Source: Nemertoderma westbladi (lineage: Eukaryota; Animalia; Xenacoelomorpha). Taken from it: a stretch of DNA of 48,975 nucleotides. The stretch lies in contig JAUCBJ010007617.1 of the NCBI GenBank assembly GCA_032718475.1, positions 1 through 48,975 on the forward strand, in the 5' to 3' direction. The translations under genes were made by a program, and so were the position numbers. Under the pieces are notes generated by a model. It was not told where the DNA came from, searched no databases, and worked only from the letters and a program-made list of their open reading frames with translations. Positions 24,563-35,808 of this stretch are shown one piece after another. Every line of letters begins with the position of its first letter. Within the stretch, counting starts at the first letter, position 1.

Positions 24563-26556
24563 CCTCGAAACAGGAAAAGGGCCCCCTGGACTGACAACAA
24601 AATTCAAAAGTGCCGAAATGACCTTCATAAGGCGCAGAAAGAGTCCCGACTCAAACAGACTACAGCGGCCAAGAATGCAGTTAAAGCTGCATCTAGGTCC
24701 CTGAACAGGCAGTACTCTGTTAATCTACAGGAGCTAATAAACCAACAGGTTGATGCCATCAATGATGCTGACGACAACAGGCAATCATCCCAGGCATGGA
24801 AATCGATCAATCTGCTTACTGGGCGGAAAAGCCAACCAACCACCAAGGTTAAGGCTGAATCACCAGCCGATCGCCTCAATGGTTGGAAAGCCCACTTTGA
24901 AAAGCTCCTCAATAATGACAGGGTATTGCCTGATAACTTTATAGAAGTAAAAGTGTCTGAGTCTGTACTCCCAGATATTCCCATTGGCGATATCTCCTTT
25001 GCAGAAGTGAAGGCTGCTGCAAAGAGCATTAAGACCAATCGTGCCAGTGGAGTAGATGGTGTTCCCCCTGAGGTCTTTAAAATACCTGAGTGTTTAAAGC
25101 TCATCTATCCCATCATAGTAGACATGTACCGTACAACAAGAGTCCCACAAGAAATGAAAACAAATAAGTTGGTGCCAGTTCCCAAGAAGGGCAACCTAAC
25201 ACTCTATGGTTCTTTTCGGGGAATCTCATTGATCTCGATTGCTGCAAAACTATACAATAGAATTCTATTAAATCGCATCAGGGATCCCATTGAGAGACTG
25301 CTACGTGGAAATCAGAATGGGTTCCGTAAAGGTCGTGGGACCATGGAGCCCATTTTGGCACTTAGAAGGATAATTGAAGAGTTATCAAAAAAGAAAGACA
25401 GGCATCTGGCTGTTATCTTTGTTGACTTCTTCAAGGCCTTTGATTCAGTCTCTCGCTCACGTATGTTCAGCATACTTTCATTATATGGGATTCCTGATGA
25501 AATTATTGCAGCAATCAGATCAGTATACGATGGTTCGACAACATTTGTGTCTACTGTTGACGGTGACACAGAACCATTTGAAGTGTTATGGGGCGTCCTC
25601 CAAGGAGACACACTTGCACCATTCTTGTTCATTATTGTGGTTGACTATGTTCTACGCATGTCCTTAGATCATCATAATGATGATGGGGTGATGATAACTC
25701 CACCTACTGGCTCCAGAAGTCGAGGAAATCCTGCCATGTACCTAATGATAGTAACAATGTGTTGGCAAGCTGTAAAATAATAAATGCCATGTACCTAACT
25801 GATCTAGACTTTGCTGATGACTTAGGAGTACTCTCAGAATCATTAGAGGGAGCCCAGCGGCTCCTCAGCTCATTAGAACATGCTGCTTCTAGTGTTGGTC
25901 TTTTTATTAACTCCAGAAAGACCAAAATTCTGACAGTTAACTTTGAAAGTCCTCAGCAAGTCTCTGATCGGATGAGCATAAGCTCAAAGGATGGTATGCT
26001 TGAGCATGTGGACGACTTCTGTTACCTGGGATCATGGATCCGGAAGTCAGGTGAGGACCTTCGAATACGTAAGGGAAAGGCATGGGCAGCCTTGAATAGG
26101 CTTTCCAGGATTTGGAAGTCACCTAGAATTAATCGGAAACTTAAGGTCCGATTATTTAGAGCAGCAGTAGTTCCAGTACTCCTCTACGGGAGTCCATGCT
26201 GGGCTCTAACTGCTGAGGACACCAAATCTCTGGATGGCACATTCACAAGAATGCTACGCCGGGTACATTGTGTGAAGTACAATGCACACATCTCCAACCA
26301 GACACTATATAACATTGGAGGTGTCTCATTGGTTCCCCCAAGCTTGACACTAGAACAAAATCGCCTCCGCTTTGCAGGACATTGCTTTCGCCGTGAGGAC
26401 CAGCCAGTGCATAATCTTGTACTTTGGCAGCCTCATGGAGTGAATAAGCATGGTGGACAGCCCATGACTTTCTTGAGACGCATCTTAAAGGACACTGGCC
26501 TTAAAGATGCGGATGATCTAGCAAATGTCATGGGTGATAGAGAGTTGTGGCGGTGC
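24563..26556 (+). mobile_element. RTE-clade LINE, long internal fragment (RT domain), both ends truncated, frameshifted by a small insertion
   Basis: ORFs 24557-25780 and 25759-26640 with QNGFR, FVDFFKAFDS, GVLQGDTLAP, FADD; same family as 5764-6952 and 10409-11326. Confidence 0.95.
25746..25784 (+). mobile_element. 39-bp insertion with 14-bp TSD
   Basis: TGCCATGTACCTAA at 25732-25745 and 25785-25798; uninterrupted site present in the LINE copy at ~6600-6625; insert ends AAAATAATAAA. Confidence 0.88.
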
Positions 26557-26963
26557 AAGAGGCCTGTGATTGGTTACTATGGGTATAAATATGCAGTAAA
26601 TGTGAGACGCATCTTATATTTTCTATCAAATGACTTATGACTTGTGTTACCTATGGAGCAAGCAGGCATTCATTAATCTGAAAACGACTTACCAGTGTAG
26701 CACGGGCCTCTAATGATGCATTTCATAAAATATCTTCAGAACGACAAAGGGTTTAAATAGTTAATGTAAATTAAAAGGATTATTGTGAATTGTATATGAA
26801 TACTACAGTAGTACGTGGTGTAACATATGGTGGGACCACTTTAGTTTGATTACCAGGTGAATTTTTTTTGGAAATGTGTTACATACACATCAAGACTGAA
26901 TTCACTTTAATAAACAGGGTGGCTGTGAATTTTCCCTCGATACATAGGTTAGTTAGGTTCAAC

Positions 26964-27155
26964 CTTGCCTTGGTGTAGTGGTTGCATTGATTTCCAATGA
27001 TTTCCAATCTATCTGGAGGTCGTGGGTTCGATCCCAGCATGTGGGCCAAGGCAGTCTTCGATTCGACACAAATGGTTTGAAGGGGCTAACCAGGGGGCAT
27101 ATATGCCTTGCATCCTTAAATGTTAGCTCTAACGGTCGAATAAATCTTTATTTCT
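26964..27155 (+). mobile_element. tRNA-derived SINE
   Basis: Pol III A box TGGTGTAGTGG (26971-26981) and B box GGTTCGATCCC (27025-27035), then non-tRNA body and AT-rich end; no intact cloverleaf. Confidence 0.7.
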
Positions 27156-27862
27156 ATACTTGTTTACAAGTGTTGAAAAGTATCTTAAACTAATTGGTAA
27201 TATTGTTTAAAAAATATATAAATGTTGATAATAATTTAACAAACTAATTGCAACTATTAAACTAGATATGAATTATGAACCTTGTAATTCCGGTAAAATT
27301 CCGGCCGGAATTAACCCCATTCCGGCAATTCCGGTCGGAAGCGGAATCGGGCAAAAACCGCCGGAATTCCGGCCGGAACGGAATTCCGGGACATCCCTAG
27401 ACCTAAAGTATGGGGCGAATAGGGCGAGGGCGAATCTACCCGCACCCGGCGTCAGGGCGTACCCCGTACCGGTATGCCTGCAAGCCTGCCTGTGTATTTA
27501 TTTACCCCTCTTAGGTGCTACTGTCGTCTTGTAAAGTAAACCGATAGGGTCTGGTGGACAGGTGGATGCAGCATGCAGGGATGCCATGAGCTGATGAGTA
27601 CGGTATAATTTAGGCTGTTAGGATGAGTATGTATATCTGTATATCAGTATATCAGTATATAGGCCCCTATATTATACAGTTACAGAATTATATATATACT
27701 GATATACTGATATACGGTATGTGTGTGTTGTGTATGCAGTATGCCCCTAAATAAATTAGGCCTACTGAATTAGGAGGTTATAAATTAGATGGGTACCTAA
27801 ACCTAAGCTAGTAAACTAATATATAGGCCTAAACTGCTAAATAAGTGATTATAATTAATAAC

Positions 27863-28403
27863 CTCCGTCCAATATTCGCGCTATAACGACATTCCCGCGA
27901 TCCTTCCGTAAGGTTATCCCTAACGGTTCGTTCTTCATCTTCCGAAGTCCCACCAGTCTCATCGGGCCCTCCCCGCTGGGAGGCGCTGCTCCTCGAACAG
28001 ACGGGGGTTTAACGGCGGCGGGTTGTGGTTGGTAGCGCCGGCTACTTATAACCTCGTAGCAACGCAATACATTGCGTAAGTGGGGGTCGTTAAGGAGTGT
28101 AGACAGATCGGTTGCTTGGCGACCTAGATCTCCCTTTGCGGACTGGACGTCTGACACAACGTCCGTGGATAGCTTAGAGTGAATCGGTTTACGAGATGCG
28201 TGAGTTTCAGTAGCAACATCCAGGGTTTCCTTGGCCTTTACGATGTTGTTTATGAATGCACTGCCCATCAATTCTTTTAGAAACGCGATGTCATTTTCAT
28301 TAGCGCCAACTTTCGCCTTCAATGAATCGATACTTTTACTGAATTCTTTAATGGCCTGATAATCATTTACCGCACCTCCCAATGGTCCATTAGAAACCGC
28401 CAT
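27863..28403 (-). CDS. MAGUK p55 exon 1: two L27 domains and PDZ N-half; spliced protein ~585 aa
   Basis: DIAFLKELM...IVKAKETL, DLSTLLNDPHLRNVL (L27), RLVGLRKMKNEPLGITL...VIARILDG; GT donor at 27862 joins in phase to exon 2. Confidence 0.9.
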
Positions 28404-29064
28404 AGTCGTTGTTTATTGTACAGTGTAGCAGTACGCGGTACGGTACACCATTACAGCGATTATATTACAGTATTACTATAGTCTGATAGTACAGTACTGC
28501 AGTAGTACCGGTACAACAATCAGACAATACTGTACCGGTTTAGCTTACTGGCTTGCTTAGGCTTACCATGAAATCTTGTTTCACTCTTAAATTACATTAG
28601 GCCTAAAATAAATAACATTATACGATAAATGGAACAATAGCGTTCAAATGTATATCAAATTATCAACATGTAATAAAAGTTAAGAAATTCCACAAAAGTA
28701 ATCCATTTTTTTCGCCGGAAAAAAGAAGTAAAATCAATGCAATCCTATTGAATACTTGTATGTTGAAAAATGTTGTTATTTTATTACATGTGTTAAAAGG
28801 GCGTAGGGGAAAAGATTTGCACTTAATTTGAGCAAAACCCATAAACACACAAAATGCGCGTGCCTACTCCTAAACGGAACTCAATTTTCAATGTTGGTTA
28901 ATGTTGTTAAGCAGCTCTCTAGTTATGTAATAAATATTCGAGAATACTAAATTATTTAACATTGATAATTATTTGACATTGGTACTGGGCCGTTCAAATG
29001 TTTTATAGGTTAATAACTATTTAGGGCCTGGGATTAGGCCTACTTTCTCTCACTCCGACTGTAA

Positions 29065-29542
29065 GGCCCCCCTCACACGGAGAAACTTGTTTCTGCAACT
29101 GTTTCTGAAACTTGTTACTGGACCCCCTCACACACAGAAACTTGTTGCTGCAACTTATTTCAGCAACTTGTTGCTGCCCCCCCCCCCCCCCCCCCCCCTC
29201 ACACATAGAAACTTGTTGCTGAAGAAAATAACAATTATTTCAAAATAAATAGCTAGCATGTCCAGTCATTTATATATAATATCACATCACTCAATTTATC
29301 TAATATTAGCTAGTATCAAAATGGAATGTAATAAAAGTTTTTAAAAAAGTTGCTGGGAATATAACTTCCAGCAACTTGTTGCTGAACTCCCTCACACACA
29401 GAAATAAGTTGCGGAAACAAGTTGCAGAAACTTGTGTCTGGAGTCCTCCTCACACATGGGAACAAGTTGCAGCAACAAGTTTCTGTGTGTGAGGGGGTCC
29501 AGCAACAAGTTTCAGAAACAAGTTGCAGAAACAAGTTGCTCC
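29065..29542. mobile_element. Harbinger-like MITE with long repetitive inverted arms, right tip missing
   Basis: TAA then GGCCCCCCTCACAC; ~80-bp arm of AAACTTGTT(G/T)CTG units at ~29079-29156 inverted at ~29464-29542. Confidence 0.65.
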
Positions 29543-29713
29543 ATAATTATTTATTTGCCTTTCTTTAATCAAATTAAACTAATTTATTAATAATGTCGTG
29601 AAAAAAACGTTCTATTTAAAGATAAAACTAACATGTTAAATAACGTGTTACCCCCCCCCCCCCCCCCCCCCCTACCTATTTTCACTCATCAATAACTTTT
29701 AATATAATTTAGC

Positions 29714-29815
29714 CATGAAGAAGCCCGTGAGGGTGAAACGGCTGTCCGCAATAACTAATTTATTGAAACCGTGGTATTTAAAGACCTCTATAGAACTTAC
29801 TCAGTAACTTCCACA
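29714..29815 (+). other. Degenerate minimal hammerhead-like motif, possibly a Penelope-element remnant
   Basis: (C>A)TGAAGA-A-GCCC GTGA GGGT-GAAAC-GGCT-GTC: core, GNRA-capped stem II, GAAA, short stem III, GUC site; stem I not convincing. Confidence 0.4.
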
Positions 29816-30020
29816 AATTATATTTTCACTATGGCCTCGATTTTTTATAAACCTCGCTACGCTAGGTAAATAAAACATTTAAGTATACTGTAGTGAAAAT
29901 AAGGCACTTGTCAAGCAAAAGAGTCTCAAAAAGAATTTTCCCAAGAGTATTTTTCTAATGCAAATTTTATACTTGGAAATACATTATAAATTGATTCTAC
30001 ACTGTAGTATGTTTTATTTC

Positions 30021-30246
30021 TGTTCTAGAAAATAAGTAGATATGTTTTTTATGGTGGCTAGTGCTTTTATATTAGCTAGTATTTATTGAAATTATAAAAA
30101 AAATGTGAAAACATTAAAATTTCAGGTTTAAACTACAACAGGTTAACCAACAGTTTATATTATTTTTTTTAATTTTCTAAATATACTAGCTAGTAAAAAA
30201 ACACTAGCTACCATAAAAAAAAGCATATCTACGAATTCTCTTGAAC
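30021..30246. repeat. Imperfect AT-rich palindrome (MITE-like)
   Basis: GTAGATATG-TTTTTTATGGT(G)GCTAGTG...TAGCTAGTAT mirrored by ATACTAGCTA...CACTAGCTACCATAAAAAA..CATATCTAC. Confidence 0.75.
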
Positions 30247-30819
30247 ATTCACCAATACGGTACCAAAAAAGCATTAAAGAACACTAATAAAGGACTGGTG
30301 AAAAAATGGCAGGGGGTGTCGACAGGGCGAAGTAGGGACCATTTTGCTTTACTAGTGCCGAAAATAATGTTCTACATTATTGACCATGCAATCGCAATCA
30401 ATAATTATTAGGTTACTCATTAGTTTTTTTTTAAATAAAGTTTTTTTAAATATATTCTTAAACTTGTTAGCTATTGGATGTAGGCCTATTTTAAAAGCAA
30501 ATCATATTTTAGAACAAATAATTTTAGTTCTGAAACATTATAGGTTTATTTTTTTGCTAGATTATGATATTTATATTGAAAATGTGCCTAGGCCTGCTAG
30601 AACATGATACCTATAAATTTGAAGGAAAAATCATGTTCTTGAAATAATAGTTTTTGTTCTAGAATACTTAGAATATTATAAGTAACTAAATGTAACCAAA
30701 CGTAATTATTATTATTTATTTTGAAGTTTAATACAGTTTGCATTGAGATCCGTGAGGTTTATTGTGAATGTAGACACTTTCCGCAGACTTTGATTGTTGG
30801 AACTATCACCAGCTGCACC

Positions 30820-31275
30820 ATGGGGGAATCAAATATTCCGATATACCCCAATAAACTACCTCCTCTGATGAAAAAGACCAATGACAGATATGGGAGTTAT
30901 AATTCTTTTGTCGGCCTTCTAAAAGTAGAAGTCGTTTCTTATATATTCAACAATGTGAAACGCACAGTTAGTAAACGCGTGAAACAAGTTGAAATCATTG
31001 TTGCTAAAATCTTGATTATGATGTCATTGACACACAAGGGAGTATATACAGCCTGTCACGTCATGAACTTTATTGTGAAGTATGAGAAAAATATCAAATC
31101 ATTAGCTAAGGATTTAGAAATCACTGATGCTGGGGATAAAGTTGTGAATGCGGCGAGGGAATTTACAACTGCGATGGGGGGACAATTCGTACCGGAAGAA
31201 AAGCCTCTACTACCACTGCCACCACCTCACTACTACCTAGGAACATCCTACCAGTGGGTATACTACAGGCAGTAG
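30820..31275 (+). CDS. Uncharacterised 151-aa protein, paralogue of 5111-5500
   Basis: ATG at 30820 (CACCATGG context); homology to the 5500 ORF extends into the ~70 bp upstream; AATAAA ~20 nt after the stop. Confidence 0.65.
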   Translation: MGESNIPIYPNKLPPLMKKTNDRYGSYNSFVGLLKVEVVSYIFNNVKRTVSKRVKQVEIIVAKILIMMSLTHKGVYTACHVMNFIVKYEKNIKSLAKDLEITDAGDKVVNAAREFTTAMGGQFVPEEKPLLPLPPPHYYLGTSYQWVYYRQ

Positions 31276-31734
31276 CGTCACATTTATTGTTACCGAATAA
31301 ATATTAAATGAAAATGAGGAACATGATACTATCTGTCACCCCGACAACGGAATTCACTTCCTAATTCCATTAAATTGTATACCGAAACAAAAAAAAAGTA
31401 CACCTAAACTTTATGGGGAGTAAATAATGCTACGCCGACAACGACAAATTTGAAACAGTAAGATGCCCTCTTGACATTCGTTTAATGTTTTGGTTAGAAT
31501 AATTCCACTGTAACCTGTTAATTTTCTTCCACCAATTGATAATAACATTATTTGCGTTAAAAATTGTTGTCGACGTTGCGTTTACACCCTAATCTGTGTC
31601 GGATTCGGTTGATTGAGCAAATAATACAATTCCGAAATCAATGTTAAAACCAGGACATATCGTTTCTTACCCCATAGAGAGAGTTCTCACGAAAAGTTGC
31701 ACCTACGGTATTGATACTTTGCATCTTCAGTTGT

Positions 31735-32760
31735 ACCGCGGTATCGAAACTGCACCAGTTGCCCCACGGTATCGATACTGCACCAGTTGCACCACGCTAT
31801 CGATACTGCACCAGTTGCACCACGCTATCGATACTGCACCAGTTGCACCACGGCGATCGATACTGCACCAGTTGCACCACGGCTATCGATACTGCACCAG
31901 TTGCACCACGCTATCGATACTGCACCAGTTGCACCACGCTATCGATACTGCACCAGTTGCACCACGCTATCGATACTGCACCAGTTGCACCACGCTATCG
32001 ATACTGCACCAGTTGCACCATGGTATCGATACTGCACCAGTTGCACCACGGTATCGATACTGCACCAGTTGCACCATGGTATCGATACTGCACCAGTTGC
32101 ACCACGGCATCGATACTGCACCAGTTGCACCACGCTATCGATACTGCACCAGTTGCACCACGCTATCGATACTGCACCAGTTGCACCACGGTATCGATAC
32201 TGCACCAGTTGCACCACGCTATCGATACTGCACCAGTTGCACCACGCTATCGATACTGCACCAGTTGCACCACGCTATCGATACTGCACCAGTTGCACCA
32301 CGCTATCGATACTGCACCAGTTGCACCACGCTATCGATACTGCACCAGTTGCACCACGCTATCGATACTGCACCAGTTGCACCACGCTATCGATACTGCA
32401 CCAGTTGCACCACGCTATCGATACTGCACCAGTTGCACCACGCTATCGATACTGCACCAGTTGCACCATGGTATCGATACTGCACCAGTTGCACCATGGT
32501 ATCGATACTGCACCAGTTGCACCACGGCATCGATACTGCACCAGTTGCACCACGCTATCGATACTGCACCAGTTGCACCACGCTATCGATACTGCACCAG
32601 TTGCACCACGCTATCGATACTGCACCAGTTGCACCACGCTATCGATACTGCACCAGTTGCACCACGCTATCGATACTGCACCAGTTGCACCACGCTATCG
32701 ATACTGCACCATTTGCACCACGCTATCGATACTGCACCACGATATCAATACTGCACGAGT
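31735..32760. repeat. 28-bp minisatellite, ~36 copies
   Basis: Unit ACCACGCTATCGATACTGCACCAGTTGC, highly homogeneous centre with decayed edges. Confidence 0.97.
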
Positions 32761-33194
32761 TGCCCGTTCTGCACTGCATCCCTCCCTGATATTATTACTC
32801 AATCCGACAATAGCCACCAGGGCAGTTTACAACTTAGTAAGTCAAAACACGAACGCTAAATATTAATGTGGCGGGTGGCCTTAATCCTCAATAAATATTA
32901 TTAGGGTAATATATTCTAGAATTATTAAAAATCAGGAATTAGGCAATACCTAAAATTATATGAACCACTCCTGTTTCTGTTTGATAAAAAATTAAATTTA
33001 TTACAAGCTGACAGATCTAAAATGTATTTAAATTTTATTTTAACTTGTACTAAATTGCACCATGTGTACTATGTGTACGTAGGTATACCAATAAGTATGC
33101 ACCGAGTCCAAAATAACGGCATTCAATATGTTACATAGTCTCACTCACATTATAAATAAAAGGTAGTTAAATACCGGTAGTTATATTAGTTAAT

Positions 33195-33453
33195 TTGTCC
33201 GAGTAAATTCCAGATTTTGAGACCGCCCCCCTGTCCAAGCTTGTCCGGGTTTTGCCACTGCCACTGGGTGATAAATTAATATTATAGCATAATATGATAA
33301 ATCAATGATGATCTATTATGATATATTAAGGATAAAAAAATCGGACGTCCAAATTTAGCCATCCCACCCCCCTCCCTCCTGTCCGAAGATGTCCGGATTT
33401 CGAAGACCCCCACCCCCCCCTGACCTCGGACGTCCTTTATGGATGCCCCCTAA
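33195..33453. mobile_element. Truncated MITE/DNA-transposon end
   Basis: Subterminal TGTCC/CGGACGTCC repeats ending GGACGTCCTTTATGGATGCCCCCTAA; matching left terminus not found. Confidence 0.45.
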
Positions 33454-35133
33454 TAGTTTTTATCACTAAACCAGTGCGTGGGGCTATATAGTAAATGTTC
33501 TGACTTCTCTGAGTGATGTTAGCAGTCATATTATTGTCATCAATATTTCGACGACCAACTGGTATCGTTGTAGTTTTGGGCAATTTTAATAAAAAAAACG
33601 TCGCAATGAATGGGATACCGTCACTAAGACTATGTATTTCAATGTAATATTATTATTATCAAAGTCATGGAAAAGTGATTGTAACATTACTTTTTTGTGG
33701 AGAAAAAATATCTTTCAACAAATAACCAGATGGGGGGGGGGGGGGGGGGGGGGGGGGGAACTGGACGCAATAAAAATTCATCCCTCTCCTGGGGAAATTC
33801 GACGCAAATAACAGCTGATTACTCTCAAAAATAAAACTGTAACCTGTTCTATTGTGTTTAGTTTATTGTTTTGGTTAAAATAACGTGCCACTGTAACCTA
33901 CTCCGTATGACCTCCTGTCTCCAAATAACACATGTATTGTACTCTAACGGTAAACTTGCACATAATGCGTAGTCCTTCATTTAAAATAAAACAGATGGTT
34001 TTAGTGACCTTTTTGCGAAACTGACTTACAGAGTTATAGAATTCCTACTGTAATTACTGATAATTATATATCTACCTAATTATATATCAATATATACCGA
34101 TAGCACACAACAGGTTATATTGTCACTTAAATAATTGTATATATATAATATGAGAGAATGAATTAAGGATTATTTATTTTTTATGTGAAACAAACTAATA
34201 TTATTAATTTGACTGCTATTAATAATTATGCAACAAAACACATACCAGAAAAATAAAATATATATAATATAATCTGTAAACAAGAATTATATTCATTTTA
34301 CATAAAGTAACGAGTGTGCGTGCATACCGGTACATTTAAATAGGTTAGGAAATTTAATTAATACAATGAAACAATGAGGGAGATATTGAGTGCTGAGTTT
34401 GGAGTTATTTAGTTTATATTAATGTTTTATGTGATCAATGTCGATCTTTATTATCCGTTGCTCCGGTAACAAACAACAACAACAAAGAGAATCCTTAAAC
34501 ATTGAGAATAAATAAATATAGATAACATAGGTTTACACACAGGTTTTATGTTTTCTAACTTTTGTTGGACCTCACCACAGTTGGAAGGAGTTAAATAAAT
34601 TCAAATAGAAAATTAATAATATAGATCATTATAATTCTGGGTATCTGTGCTGATAAAAGTTAAATTGCTTATATTTGTGTTTATTTCAGAAATATAGGGG
34701 GGTGGGGGATTCCGACACAATAAAAGTTCATCATAAAAGGAAATCGTCATAATTAACAGCTGATCACTACTAAAAATAAAACTGTAACCTGTTCTATTAA
34801 CTTTAGTTAATTGTTTTGGTTAAAGTAACGCGGCACTGTAGCCTGAACATGCCTTTAAATGATATTATAACATGTATTTAACATTGAGACGAGATATGTA
34901 TTCGTCAGGATGGGATTCGCAGCAAGTTCCCCCTCTCAATATCCCATTTATTGAATTGTTAATATTATTTAATAATATAGCCTATATCCCTAAAAATACA
35001 GCCGAAATATAAACAATTCTACTTTGAAAAAGAGTTAGGCCTAAGTTATATTATTAGTTATTATTATGTAAACAAAAATAACTCAATACATTAATTTATA
35101 GTTAAAATATTAAATTTAATAAATTTTATGCTC

Positions 35134-35808
35134 TTATGGTCCGGAATTAATAGGTTCCGGTTCGTCTTTCCGGATAAATAAGAAGTAAATAGCGACTCCG
35201 ATGACAACCAATGAGACACCGACAATAACGAACAAAACGATTCTGTTAGCGAGTACGCGATTGAGCATACCGGAGACGATCCGGGAACTGGTACCCAGAT
35301 TGCTACCCGTGTCCCCTAGTCGCTCCTTCATCCTGTACAATTTCTCTTTATCTCGATGGAGATCTTCCAGAACTGACGCCCCAATCTGCTCTGTTTCCAA
35401 GGCAACTCTATATCCTTCCTCTAGCCGATGTGTTGAACGTTCCATTCGTTCGGAACTATCGAGTAATCGAGTTTTATCGTCGCTTTCTTCCTCCCCTAAA
35501 AGCTCCCTGCGTTCCCGCGTGTTCCTCGCTAGTTTATTGTTGGTGAACTCGTTCTGTAAGCGATCTAGTTCGGCGCACAGCGAACGCAGACGTTTCTCGG
35601 CTCCGGGCCGTTGCGACGACGACAAGTCAGCGATCTCGAGTTCCATCTGCTCGATGAGTTCGTTTGAATCCTCAAATAGTTTCTCGATTTGGTTTACTTG
35701 TCGGACTTTTTGCTGCGGAACGACATCAGGTAGTCGGGATATATTCAGCCCAATTTCGGCTGTTACAACCCCAAACTGTTTCTCGTACTGCTCCAATAGT
35801 TTCTTCAT
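35134..35808 (-). CDS. VTI1A: Vesicle transport Qb-SNARE VTI1A, single coding exon, 224 aa
   Basis: YEKQFGVVTAEI, ELIEQMELEI, RLLDSSERMERSTHRLEEGYRVALETEQIG, NLGTSSRIVSGML, C-terminal TM; closer to recalled VTI1A than VTI1B. Confidence 0.92.
   Translation of the reverse strand: MKKLLEQYEKQFGVVTAEIGLNISRLPDVVPQQKVRQVNQIEKLFEDSNELIEQMELEIADLSSSQRPGAEKRLRSLCAELDRLQNEFTNNKLARNTRERRELLGEEESDDKTRLLDSSERMERSTHRLEEGYRVALETEQIGASVLEDLHRDKEKLYRMKERLGDTGSNLGTSSRIVSGMLNRVLANRIVLFVIVGVSLVVIGVAIYFLFIRKDEPEPINSGP

Larger units (their letters stand above)
24141..27399. mobile_element. Non-autonomous hAT element in MAGUK intron 1, carrying nested insertions
   Basis: 17-bp TIR TAGGGATGTCCCGGAAT; 8-bp TSD GACCTAAA (24133-24140, 27400-27407); subterminal CCGGAA(TT) repeats at both ends. 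Confidence 0.92.

Noticed and set aside
26964-27045. Functional tRNA gene
   Set aside because: A and B boxes present but no acceptor/anticodon stems, and an internal TGATTTCCAA duplication; better read as a SINE head.
27588-27630. Hammerhead core CTGATGAG
   Set aside because: No stem II or downstream GAAA.
30721-30819. TTG-initiated N-terminal extension of the orphan ORF
   Set aside because: Eukaryotic context; the paralogue aligns with the ATG at 30820.
31641-32866. Three long overlapping ORFs as real CDS
   Set aside because: Explained by a stop-free 28-bp unit; no independent coding evidence, so kept only as a hypothesis.
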